From Octopus bimaculoides (Eukaryota), in the NCBI RefSeq assembly GCF_001194135.2, contig NC_068984.1, positions 132,981,327 through 133,022,072 of the forward strand: 40,746 nt of DNA, given 5' to 3'. The number at the start of each line of letters is the position of its first letter. Position 1 is the stretch's first letter. Shown here piece after piece: positions 11,073 to 22,442 of the stretch. The position numbers and the translations under genes are program-made. Under the pieces are notes generated by a model. The model was given only the letters and a program-made list of their open reading frames with translations. It did not search any database and was not told where the DNA came from.

Positions 11073-12339
11073 TTTAGTGGGGAATAATATTGCAAGTGGT
11101 CTATGAGCTTTTATGATTCATATTCTCTCTATAGATAGGGTATGACTCATAGTAGCTCATAGGAAATGATGAAGCCTAAGATTTGTAAAGAGTCTGAATG
11201 TTTTAACTGTTCATTACAAGTGAAAAAAAATGTGTTAATGTGTGTAATGTTTTGAAGTTGTTGGATTAGGTTGTCTCATGGACATTAATTATATTTGCTA
11301 AAGTAATGTATGCCTGATGGGAAATGGTAATCAAAAAATGAAAGAGCCTATTATTTCCAGAGGATTGTGAAATTAGATATAACATGTAGCAGGTCATTGA
11401 AGTATAAGAAACAACTAAACCCAGACTTGAAACAATTTGAATCAGAGAGACCCATCAGCAAATACTGAGATGACTGTACAGTTCTTGACCCAGTAATGTC
11501 ATTTCTTCAAGAAGCTGCAACCAAGATGTATTTCCCCATACTAATCAGGAATCCCCATTTCTCATTAGGTTTGATAGGCCCACAATTTCATGTGTCTCTG
11601 TCAATAATATCATTGGAGATGAGTGGTCTTTGTCTTCTGTTAGAGAGTGGAAGTCTCCAAAATATAACCTCTGAAATAGCTTAGTGTTCAGTACAATAGC
11701 AATGGTCAGCAAAACCTATCCTACATTATGTAACATAAGCAGAGATGGGTGGAATATGTCTACAAATCACCTCTTTGGCTTTGTGCTAATACTATGAGAT
11801 ATTCTGAGCCTGCATGAGAAGCCTAATGTACATTCTACCAAGACAGTCTTGAAGGTATGTGAATGTGTGTGTGCACAATGAAAGTGGGATGGTTCATCTT
11901 TGTTCACTTAGTATTTGGGTTTATTTTTTGATTTGGTTGAATCTTGGTTGTTTTTTTTTTTTTGTTGGTCAGTTATTTTTAGTGTTTTGACAGAAAAAAG
12001 TCAATCTAAAATTGTTTTTTAACATAAGCATGCCAAAACAAGTCAAATGCTTACACAGAGCAAGTTTTACAGCCACATCAGCCAAACTGACCGGGTGAAA
12101 CCAGGCTTAGCTGCTAGTCACCTATAAATGAAACTTTATCGGAAAATAGTCACTGAGCTGAAATTGTGTTGGGTTGCTAATAACCCTTAATAATTTGCTG
12201 GGAATTTAGTTTTTGTGTGCAACAACTAAGTCCCTCTTGTTTGTCTCCATTATAAGAAACAAGCTCTGACTGCCATACCATTCACCATATAACCAACCAA
12301 TCAGAGTGGGCCCTGCTACCAAGAGACCGAATGTAAAAC

Positions 12340-12391
12340 ATGAGATACCCATTGTACTGGTATGAGACATCCAGTACAATGGATGTCTCAT
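12340..12391. other. Hairpin-forming inverted repeat of pre-miRNA size
   Basis: aTGAGATACCCATTGTACTGG-tatgagacat-CCAGTACAATGGATGTCTCAt: about 21-bp stem with a small internal mismatch cluster and a 10-nt loop. Confidence 0.8.
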
Positions 12392-12724
12392 AAAGCAGTT
12401 TGTGGTTTGCTACAAGTGTAAGGTCAGCTGTTTCTTTCCCATGAGTCGTCTGAAATACAACCAACATGCCATTAATGAAGAACAACAGCAATGATAGATA
12501 CCATTTAACTTTCTCAGAAGGAGCATTCAAATATGAAAAATGAATTTTCAAAACCTTCCAACTTATTTCATAATAAATTAAAATTCAAGCATTTATTTAA
12601 GAATCAACCATCCCTTACATATTTTAGAAAACTAAAATGTAAACGATTAAAAAATTTTTCATGTACATTTAACTCAAATTTCAATATTAAATAATCAAAT
12701 CTTTTTTAGACAGATATTTTATAT

Positions 12725-13050
12725 TTTACTTCAATCATTAGACTGTGGCCATACTGGGGCACCACCTTGAAGAATGAATTGACTCCAGAACTTATTTAGT
12801 TATTCGTTAAGCCTGGTACTTATTCTATCAGTTTATGGGAACATAAACAGGCCAACACCAGTTGTCAAGCAGTAATGGGGGACACAGACACAAAGAAACT
12901 TCTTTCAGTTTCTGTCTATCAAATCCACTCACAAGGCTTTGGTCAACCCGACACTATAGTAGAAGACATTTGCTCAAGGTACCATGCAGTGGGACTGGAC
13001 CCAGAACCATGTGATTGGGAAGCAAACTTTTTACCACACAGCTACACCCA
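12725..13050 (-). mobile_element. SINE family A, near full length, diverged
   Basis: Tail gactgtggccatactggggcaccacc through head ttaccacacagctacacc. Confidence 0.9.
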
Positions 13051-13344
13051 CTCTTAATAAGTAAAAACATACATAATCTTTTAATGCATTTTATCTCAGT
13101 CATGGGAAACTTCTGCCAGTTCTTTATATAAAGGATGTTTGCACGACTTCTATACACCCTTCCTCTGACTATTGTGCACATGCAAATTGACATAACTATA
13201 CATAGCTGCAGTATATATACACAGCTGTTGCAGTATGTAGACAATTGCAATACTTAAGTATTCATATGACTGTTTGTCAATAAGTCCTTCAAATATACTT
13301 TATGCAACTATGACATTCAAGTGTAAAGGATCACTTGAGAATTG

Positions 13345-13520
13345 AGATTGTTGTTGTTTAATCTCAAGTTAGCAAAGCTATAACTAAGGGTATTCTATCT
13401 GTGACCATCCTCTCTTTTTAGTTTATCACAGACTACAATGTCCTTTGTTTTCTTCAGACAACCGAGTGTGATTTGAGAGAGAATTGGCTGCTACTTCAAA
13501 CAAGTCAAGCTATCCTATTG
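13345..13520. repeat. Old dispersed repeat with core (g/a)atttggctgctatttctagc
   Basis: Core variants also near 9570-9590, 17843-17856, 28901-28920 and 29272-29292; family not identified. Confidence 0.55.
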
Positions 13521-15575
13521 AATTTAGTTACCTGGTAACCTGGATATTTTTAAGATAAGAGATTAGTGTACAGACTGCAATTAAATGCAGTATAATAATA
13601 ATAATAATAAAAAATCCTACCCACCTCAACCACAACAGTGAAATATTAGGCTTCAGTAAATCTAATAATTTCTCTATGTTTTGAAGTTAAACATACTAAC
13701 TTTCCATGGCAAAAGGCTTCTATTGTCCAAATTCCTGAACCAGCAATGTATTTTAGGAAAACTATAAATACTTTTATTTTTGCAATTCAACATGATTTGT
13801 CCAAATTAAGTCATGCTTACATTATTCACTTGTTCCTGTATAAATTTAATACTAAGTTTGCTATTTTTTAGTTTGTGTAGCAGCTGTCTAGGCTTCTGTT
13901 CTTCACATGTTGCAGATTCTCAAAGTATCAACTTCCACCTTGAATACATTATATTGCAATATTGCACATTAAAATAAAGCTCCAGGTTGGCAGCAAAATG
14001 GATAGCCACAATACTTCAGACTTACCCTAAAGTATATGTATAATAAATGAAAGGATCACAACAACTGTGAAGTTTTCAGCTGACTTTAGTGGAGACTTAC
14101 TATCACATTACTAAACACACACCAGATTTTCCATGCACATTTAAAACATAATTTATCAAATTATAGAGGCATGGGGAATGAAGAGAAAATAATATAAGAG
14201 CAAGAGGAAAAGAACAAAGTGAGAGAAAGAGAGGAGAGGTATGATATGTATTAGGTCATTAAAACAAGTGAAAATTGTTTAGATCTAGTGTATCTGGAGC
14301 CAGTCATAAAGGCAGACACCACCCATATTTTCCAGATTAGCTACAAGAGGATTTGCAGTATAATAAAATGTAACGCATCACTTTTACAGTACCCATGCTA
14401 TCATACAATAATTAAATGTACGTATAATACCTATACAAAACTTGATTGACAAGATCACTGATTATTCAATTTCTTTGCTTAATAAACATCACAATAATGA
14501 AATAATTTATTAACCTATTTTTAATCATTTTAACTGGGGGGAGAAATACAATGCTGAAAACCTTTGAAAATCCACTTAGACTGTTGAGGTTGATATGACT
14601 GACGTTAAGTTTAAATTTCTATAGAAAATAGATGGAAGAGGGAATTTCAGTTCTGGATATAAACATTTAAAGTGTTTAGAGCAGGACCTGAGATGAAACA
14701 CAGAAGGAATGAGGAGGAGCAGTTCAGAGAAACAGGAACTGTTGAAATAATGGTGGTAGAAGGGACACAGGAAAAACACTGTAAGATTATGTACTAATAG
14801 CTTTAGTGTGGCATTTGACAATTAGCTAGATATCCTTTTATTGGATATAGTGTGTAACAATTTTGGACAGGTGGACAATAATTCAGAAGTGGTGCATTTG
14901 TCTTATTTTCAATGCTTGATAAGAAGTGGGGCATTTAGCATTTAGCTATATGTGGTTACCAAGAGAAATCAGAAAATTGTGAGCATCTGCAAACTTTATG
15001 AAAGTTTTAGTCATGAGTTGTGTATGGATAGTGAGCAAGAGAATATAAGATTGTGAGGAAGATTCCAATCCAAAATATTAAGATGTGGTGAACCCTAAAA
15101 GTAGGAAAATGTTAGATTCTTATGCAAAACAGTTAAAATGTTTTGCTTTCCAAAGTTGACAATATCTCAAGTTGATTGCTTACTATTGGCTGGATGTGAC
15201 ACTACTGATAAAGGAAAAGAAAAGTCATTGAATAGAATTAGTCTATAAAATATATATACCAAGAGTCCACAAGGAACTCTGTGTAAAATGCGATCCCCTT
15301 ACATCATGTACTTAGTGCAAGCAATATACATTCAAAAGACGCAATAGAATTTCTAGAAGTCTGGTAGAAAACCAGGACTCCAGTGATCACAGTGAAAGAA
15401 TGGTAGCTTGAGTTACCTAGGACAGGAGAATACAAATATTGCAGTTGTTTCTTTGAGCCAGGCCCATAACTTTTCTTTGCTGACTGCAGGTTTCACTCCT
15501 CCAATGGTTGAAGGGCTTGCAGTAAAAAAAATGAACAGGAGACTTACAAATATCCAAATTTGCAAAACATCTTAA

Positions 15576-15741
15576 TCCTTTAGTATTCAGATTCTTGAAT
15601 TAATCATGCATTATCTTTTAGTTTCAAGATTTTGATGATGCAATTATTTTTAAAATGACATCATGGAATGGGTGTGAGAGGCCAGATCTAGTTAGTTTGA
15701 ACATGAGTCAGAATATTTGGGTCAGTTTAAATGCAAAAGGG
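15576..15741. mobile_element. TTAA-flanked MITE (piggyBac-like termini)
   Basis: TTAA|tcctttagtattca ... tttaaatgcaaaaggg|TTAA; imperfect TIRs, 166 bp. Confidence 0.65.
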
Positions 15742-18679
15742 TTAATTCTTGCATAAATAGATTTTTTAAAAACACTACCATCTTCACACACACACATCAA
15801 TACTATTGCTGCACACATTTTATACCCTAATACTTTTTTCAAATGTTATCACTGCACAGGAAATTTAGAGCAATATTTAACCAATTCAGGGAAACTAGGC
15901 AACAAGAATAAATCAGGCATCTCTAAATTTGTAATTCATTTGAAGTTGTTTTTGTTTTTGAAATGGATAAACTCACTTGGCAATGAACAAAGACATTTTA
16001 ATCAAAGTTTTTTTTGTTTTTTTTTAGCCAAGAGTAAATTAACTTCTACTGTGGTTTACAAAAAAATGACAATAGCTTGACTACTCAGAACATATCTTAA
16101 AATTATTTATTCATAGGAGGGACAGTACCTTTTGTAGGCCCTTCCAAATCAGCAAGATCAATGCAGATTATGTTCCGTTTGAACTAATGTATAGAAACTG
16201 AGGTATAGAATAAAATATTTAGTATGAGGTAAGGTATGGTTGGGCGAGAACAGGATAAGATGAGAAGAGACAAATACATCATGCTGGTCTCGGTATAGGC
16301 AATATACAGCATGTTAGCTCTGAGGTGCAGTGGTTTTACAGTAGCGTTTGAGGGAAGAAACGACATATGTTAGCTGCGAGTTGCAACATGTTTGGTGATG
16401 GAGACTGTCCACTAGCTTTCGTTTATTTGGATGAAGTCTTAACATGTATCTGCGTGTATAACATCAGCACTATATCAGATTTGCAAACAATACTATATAG
16501 TTACGAGAACAGAAATTGATCGGGTACAGAATATTTTCCGACTTGGAAAAGAAAATCTAGTCTTAGGTATGTAGTATTTTCGATGTTATCCGTGACGTTG
16601 CGACTGGATGAGAAATTGAGGCTTAGCATTACGTAGTGACTCACCAGGTATAATGCTTCCCAATATATAGTTAGCATTTTGTGTTTTCACAGGAGATTAA
16701 ATATTCAAAAGGAAAAGCTAACATATTTCAATAATTTATTAGATTTTGTTATACATTTATATAAAAAGCTTAGACTGAGCAAAACCCTTCCATATATGTT
16801 GGCATATTAGGAAAAGAAAGTAATCCTTTATTTTAAGTAGAGTAGGGTTTTTTTTTGTACAATAATCACCATTGAAATAAGCTTTTAGATTTTGCAAAAT
16901 AAATAACATAGTATATATATATTTTCATTTAAAGTAATTGCAAAAATGTTTTGTAATAAATAGTTGAAACAAAACAGCTGAAAGTATAAAAACTTGGTAA
17001 TGAATACAGATTTTAATTTTTGGATAAAATAACAGAATTTAAAACGCGTTTACAGTTTATATATTTGCAAAGAAACAGTATGACAGTATATTATATTGAA
17101 ACAAAAATGATTAAAATTCTAATTGTGAATATATACGAAGGAGAAAAATAACGGAACAATTTTTTTTTCATTTTTGCAATCAACAAGGAAGCGAAATCTA
17201 AGGCACAATTCTGGTGATTATCTGTCTCTTTGAAAGAAACTTTCTCTAGACATGTGAACAGTCTTTCAGGCAGTTGTAAAAATATTTAAGAGGCGAAGAG
17301 ACCTTAACACATTTGAGTTATTCGTATAATACAAAAATCTGACTTGTTTGAGTTTGTTACTTTAGTATACTAGATATGATGAGCAGACATTCTTGTAATA
17401 ACTTCGACAATAAAGATCCAAAGATAACAGATTGTTGAAGCATATTTACTAGATTTTATCTCTCGAACTTCCAAAATGAACGAGGGCGTTAACAATTTAA
17501 TTCATTCTTTCACAAAAAAAGTGAAACAATAATATAAATGGAACATTAATGCCGAAACTTCGAACAGGGAATACAAAGATTAAAATAGTTAATTCCACAA
17601 ATTCAAGTTAAGGCAGACATAAAAGCAAATTTACTTTAAAACTATTTCCACTTCTTTTGCTTCGTTTTCTTTCCATCAAATATTGGTTTACGAAATATTT
17701 GGAGTTTACCATAAAGATTTCAATCGTGCAAACAGGTGATCATACGTATTCCAGCTTTCGCCACCCCATTTTTTTTTATGAGAGGGGTATCTGGAACTGT
17801 TATCTGAATGCGCGTCCTTCCAGCGGAATGAGAGTTGAGGGGAATTTGGCTGCTATGTCTTGTAAGTCAGCCACGTAAAGTTCCTCTCAAGTTATTAATA
17901 GAAAATATAAAGCCTGGCCGGCTGTCTTTCATTTTTCCTTATCTCCACCCCACCCTATTAGTCTAAGTAAAAGTGGTTTGTAATAAGTGGGTGTAATGTC
18001 AGTATAACCTAGTCGTATTCGACTAAACTTTTCATTTCAGTACGCAGCTAAAATTAGACGTAAACAATCAGCCTATATACGTTGCATGCTACATATTTAA
18101 TCAATATCAGAATGCTTGTACGGTTAACCATTGAGAAACCAAAATTCAGGTAAACGGGTTAGACAGCAAGATTTTGCTAACAATTTCATAATTTAACACA
18201 ATAAGTTGAAAACATTCATTTAGACGAAAATATAAGTAGCCAATACTAAAAGATTTGGCTAGACAAAAATAAATTAAGAAAAAAAAAAAAAGGCAAGAAA
18301 TAAGTTCAGTAACCTTAAAATGAAATAGTTTAGTGTTGATAGAGAAAGTTATAACTAGTTGTCATATTGATTAAATGGCTATAAAAATGGATTGATATTG
18401 GTGCAAGAGATTTACAGTCGCTAGTCACCTATTCATAACTGGTAATTCAGAAAGTGTAACAATGAAAGCAGCTGATACATGCATATTTAAATAGACTAGA
18501 AATTTAACTGAATAGCTTCTGAAAACTCCTAAACACAAAATACGGATAGAATTTATACTGAAGTTAAAAGAAGTTTTTAAACACTTCCTGAGTGTTAACG
18601 ACTATTTAATAATGTTATTAAACAAGTTCCATTTCTTTTATATAGACAGAGAGACAGAGAGAGGGAGTTGGAGAAAGAG

Positions 18680-18685
18680 TTTATT
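18680..18685 (-). terminator. Candidate AATAAA polyadenylation signal of the SCCPDH-like gene
   Basis: tttatt on plus, about 190 nt downstream of the stop codon. Confidence 0.4.
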
Positions 18686-18876
18686 CATTTCAAACAAAAC
18701 AAATCTATTTTGTGTTCCCAGTTATTTTGTAAAGTTACGCAAGCAAGCACCATACACACACACACACATACATACATATACACAAACATCCAACTAACCC
18801 TAATTTTTATCACGGCTGCTAAAGTTGCCGTATAGAGAAGAAATAAATGCAATTAAAAAATGCAAAAGAAAGTTAT

Positions 18877-20172
18877 TTAATTATCTCCAGCAGCGGGACT
18901 CGTCTCGTCGGCAGATACAGTTTGAAACTTTATATTCCGTTTGCAAAGTCTCTCTACTAGAGTGGTGTTAGCAAAAGCAGAAGCTGGGGTGAAAACCCCT
19001 CCACTGTTAGGCATCCTCTGGTTTTCTTTTAGGATAACAATAGCTGCCTGAGTGACACAAATGGCGGTAGTAACATAAGCAGGCTCAGGTCCATTAATCT
19101 TCGTAATAATAGGTTTATTTGGCAAATCACTGTGGGTATCGGTTAATTCTTTCACCCGGCTTGGGTAACCATTGCCACAAAATTTAAGAGAAAATGAACA
19201 TTTTTCTACTTCTTGTTTAGTTGGTCCGCCTTTTTTAACAATACCGCCACTGAAAAAAGTCGGGAAAGCCATGAGCAACTTCCTTCCAAAGGAGAACCTT
19301 GATAGAAAACTTAGGCAGAGACCAGAAAAGAACATGAGGATAAAGAAGATAAGTGACTCATTGCAAAAGTAAAAGGCATACTGAGTTGGTCGTTTCGTCT
19401 CTTGATCTTGGAGAAATCTCTGGGAGCGATAAACGACAGACCTGTAGGCATCGGGCCAGACACTGCAATATTTGGAACTATCTTTATCGTAAAACAAACC
19501 ACTTTTAGGCTTTACCACGTGTTGAAACTCAAAATTTTTCGTTGTAAATAAAGATTTTCTTATTGCTCCGAGTTCATTCCTGTGCTGAAACCCATATACT
19601 TGGCATTCAAATGTAGGCAGTCCTGTTCTCACTGGTCCATCGACAGAAAGATAAGCTTCTACGTTATTAAGATCACCATTAAATTGCTGTGAAGTATACA
19701 TAATACCTATGTCAATAGGTAGGCAGCGGAAAGCACAGGAACCCACAATATATACATCATTTTCTCGAGCAGGACCGTTATATTGAAGTTGTACTTTTTC
19801 CAGAAACAAAGGTTCTCCAGAAACGTCAACATGATGTGTTTTACATTCGATACAGGCTTCTATAACTTTGGGGCCATAGTAAACAAAAGGGCCACAGCAG
19901 TTAATAAGGCACTTGGTTTTTGTACACATATCCAAAAGAGATTCATGGTTCAGGGAATCCGCAATTAAGATCTGTATGTCGGAATAATCCTGGCCAGTGG
20001 AACTTGTAACGTCTGACAGGACTGCTTCTAATTTTTCCATACTTCTTCCCGCAATTGCCCATTTGATGTTGTTTTCATTGGCAACCCGACTAAGTTCTTC
20101 AATAACAAATTTGCCAGTGAAACCACTCGCTCCAAAAATCACAATATCAAACTCCTTGTCGCTCGCTGCCAT
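18877..20172 (-). CDS. SCCPDH: Saccharopine dehydrogenase-like oxidoreductase (SCCPDH family), 431 aa, single coding exon
   Basis: Uninterrupted ORF with aaaATGG start. Rossmann motif IVIFGASGFTG, WAIAGRS, NCCGPF, DVSGEP, hydrophobic segment LIFFILMFFSGLCLSFL, GGPTKQ, GPEPAYV and GGVFTPASAF are colinear with human SCCPDH over its full length. Confidence 0.95.
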   Translation of the reverse strand: MAASDKEFDIVIFGASGFTGKFVIEELSRVANENNIKWAIAGRSMEKLEAVLSDVTSSTGQDYSDIQILIADSLNHESLLDMCTKTKCLINCCGPFVYYGPKVIEACIECKTHHVDVSGEPLFLEKVQLQYNGPARENDVYIVGSCAFRCLPIDIGIMYTSQQFNGDLNNVEAYLSVDGPVRTGLPTFECQVYGFQHRNELGAIRKSLFTTKNFEFQHVVKPKSGLFYDKDSSKYCSVWPDAYRSVVYRSQRFLQDQETKRPTQYAFYFCNESLIFFILMFFSGLCLSFLSRFSFGRKLLMAFPTFFSGGIVKKGGPTKQEVEKCSFSLKFCGNGYPSRVKELTDTHSDLPNKPIITKINGPEPAYVTTAICVTQAAIVILKENQRMPNSGGVFTPASAFANTTLVERLCKRNIKFQTVSADETSPAAGDN

Positions 20173-20204
20173 TTTCCTTTGTTCTCAGACACAAAATAAC
20201 ACAA

Positions 20205-20420
20205 CAAATATATATAAATATCTGTTATTATATACTGGTTTAGCAACAGCCCTGCTGTGCCAGCTGTCTGTCACTATTAGCAGGTCGCGGATAAAGTCTA
20301 CTGGACAAGCAGCCGCTAACGGTGTTTGTTTATATTTCAAGCTTCGGGTTAGATAACTCTTGTTTCACTGGTTCTGGTGGGAGGAGTGACATCGCTTGTT
20401 GAGTTCGTGTTAGAGTGGGA
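20205..20420. promoter_or_regulatory. Candidate (possibly bidirectional) core promoter upstream of the SCCPDH-like gene
   Basis: TATATAA on minus at 20228-20234 (56 nt before the ATG), TATATAAA on plus at 20211-20218, locally GC/CpG-richer sequence. Confidence 0.45.
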
Positions 20421-21024
20421 GGTAAAAGAATATAAGTAAAAGAGAGAGAGATAGATAGAATGTGAGCAACTCACGAGAGAGAAAGGAGAAGAAATTCTGA
20501 CGGGGGGAGGGGTGTTAAAGAGTAAGGAAGTGTGAGAGAGAAAGAGTAAGGAATTGTGAGAGAGAAAGACGTAAGTTAATTTCTCTTAGATTTGTTTTCT
20601 CATAGTTGAAAAAGGTTGTAATTTGAACTCGACCATGATATAATAACAAATTAGAAATGGTATGAACCAGTATTTGAAATTGTAATTTTGCATTTTTAAT
20701 AGAATATTTATAAGTGAGTCGTTTATTATTATTATTTTTTTTTTTTAGAACTTCTTTTCTCTCGTAACTTTTCCACTTGTTTCTCTTGCAAAGATTCCTC
20801 TAATGGGAATTTCAAATTTTATTTCACGAAAACTTTATTTGAAAAATATATGTTATCAAAAGTCTGTCCTGTAAAAATAAATAATTTTTTTAAAAAAGCT
20901 GCTAATATCCTAATATCTCTTCTCTAAGAAATGCAATTAGTATCTTCATTACATATTTTAGGTTCATTTGACTAGTCGGATGACTTTATACTTTTAGGGG
21001 AGGGGAATTGAAATATTTTAATAG

Positions 21025-21140
21025 GTTAAAGAATCGGATAAAAGCCTAAAGTATTCAGTTTCGGTGTTACACGTTTTGAGTTCGAATCCCAACAAAGTCA
21101 AATATGCATTTCGTCGTTCCAATCAATTAGTACTAACGTT
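21025..21140 (+). mobile_element. Highly degraded SINE family B-like head
   Basis: gttacacgttttgagttcgaatccc B-box-like block followed by aagtcaaatatgcatttc. Confidence 0.45.
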
Positions 21141-22249
21141 GGGTTTATCTTAATGTTCCTGAAATTAGATTAGTAGGGATATTAACTGTATATAAACTGA
21201 TGGCTTCCAACGGGAACTGAAACCTCTTTGAAGCTTATTATGCTTTCTAAGTATTTAAAAACTCAAAGAACATTTTAGAGAATGTTTTCTAATAGAAATC
21301 TTCATATTATCCTCGGAAGTATAACAGCAAAATATTACTCTGGGGAAACTAGTGATACATCCATAAAAATTTGATAAATTTTAAAAGTTTGTTACTGTTA
21401 CGATTTAGTTTCTTCTCGAAGTTCTTTCACTAAATCGTATAACCTAAAACAAACTTTTCATCACATTTCCCTTCCCGTGCCCAGCACACGAATCACAAGA
21501 CCACATTTCACAGTGTGTGTGATTGATATTGAATTGATACTACTTTATGACTGGCACCTATTGACTTAAGAGAGATGTTGGCAGAAGTTGAACTTAGAAG
21601 ATAGGACAGAACTGAATACTATATTTAGTGTGGTACTTGACCCATTCAGCCTATTTTCTATACTTATATTTATCAGTCAATTGTCGAGCTGCAGAAACTT
21701 GGTTGAAAGTTCATTTTTCATCAACAAGGCATCAATGTCCTTGACAAATATACGTCACTCACAATTACAAAGTTTACCTTTCTGTAAATAAGTAACATGA
21801 ACACGCAATTCAACTTGAAAAAAAAAAGAAAATAAAAAGGAAATTATCAAATAGCTATTACATTAGTTTATCTTCAACTCAAATCTTGTGGGCCTATAAA
21901 AAGTAAAAAAAAAACCCAAAACCATTTCGATCGTTCTTTCGTCAAAGCTTTTTGTGGTGGTTAATAATTGCATTACTGCGGTCAAAAGATGTAAGTTGAG
22001 TGAGATCTTTTAGTCATCAAATTTAGTTCTGTTAACATTTTGTAATGATAAGAACACACCCTTTTGTGTTTGCGAAATTGAGTATTCAGAATCAAATGTC
22101 TGAGATCAATTCCTGACTGAAATATTTATGTCTACTTGGCATTGTGGTTGTTATTAGATGCCCCTAAATACGTTATAGTCCGTTTTATTTTATAAATATT
22201 CCTTAAAAATTGAGATTTGAATTTAATAGTTACATATATAGCACGTTTT

Positions 22250-22320
22250 TGTATGACACAAATATAATATAAAACCACATTAAAATACAAATCCAAAAGC
22301 GACGAAAACACAAACATGAG
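22250..22320 (-). mobile_element. Isolated 3' UTR fragment of the CRE copy-1 subfamily
   Basis: atatataataaaaccacattaaaatacaaatccaaaagcgacgaaaacacaaacatgagc aligns with 7393-7454. Confidence 0.75.
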
Positions 22321-22442
22321 CGAAAAGAGAAAAAGAAATTATGAAAAAATTGTCCTAGGTCAAAGATTAGTAATGATTAAAGATCGAAATGTTTATAAAT
22401 AGATATTGTAAATATATATTCTAAAAAGATTAACAGAATTAA

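Noticed and set aside
16196-16245. let-7-like TGAGGTA starts
   Set aside because: Only the 7-mer matches; no mature let-7 sequence or complementary star arm.
19172-20356. Plus-strand ORFs overlapping SCCPDH
   Set aside because: Antisense shadows of the real CDS.
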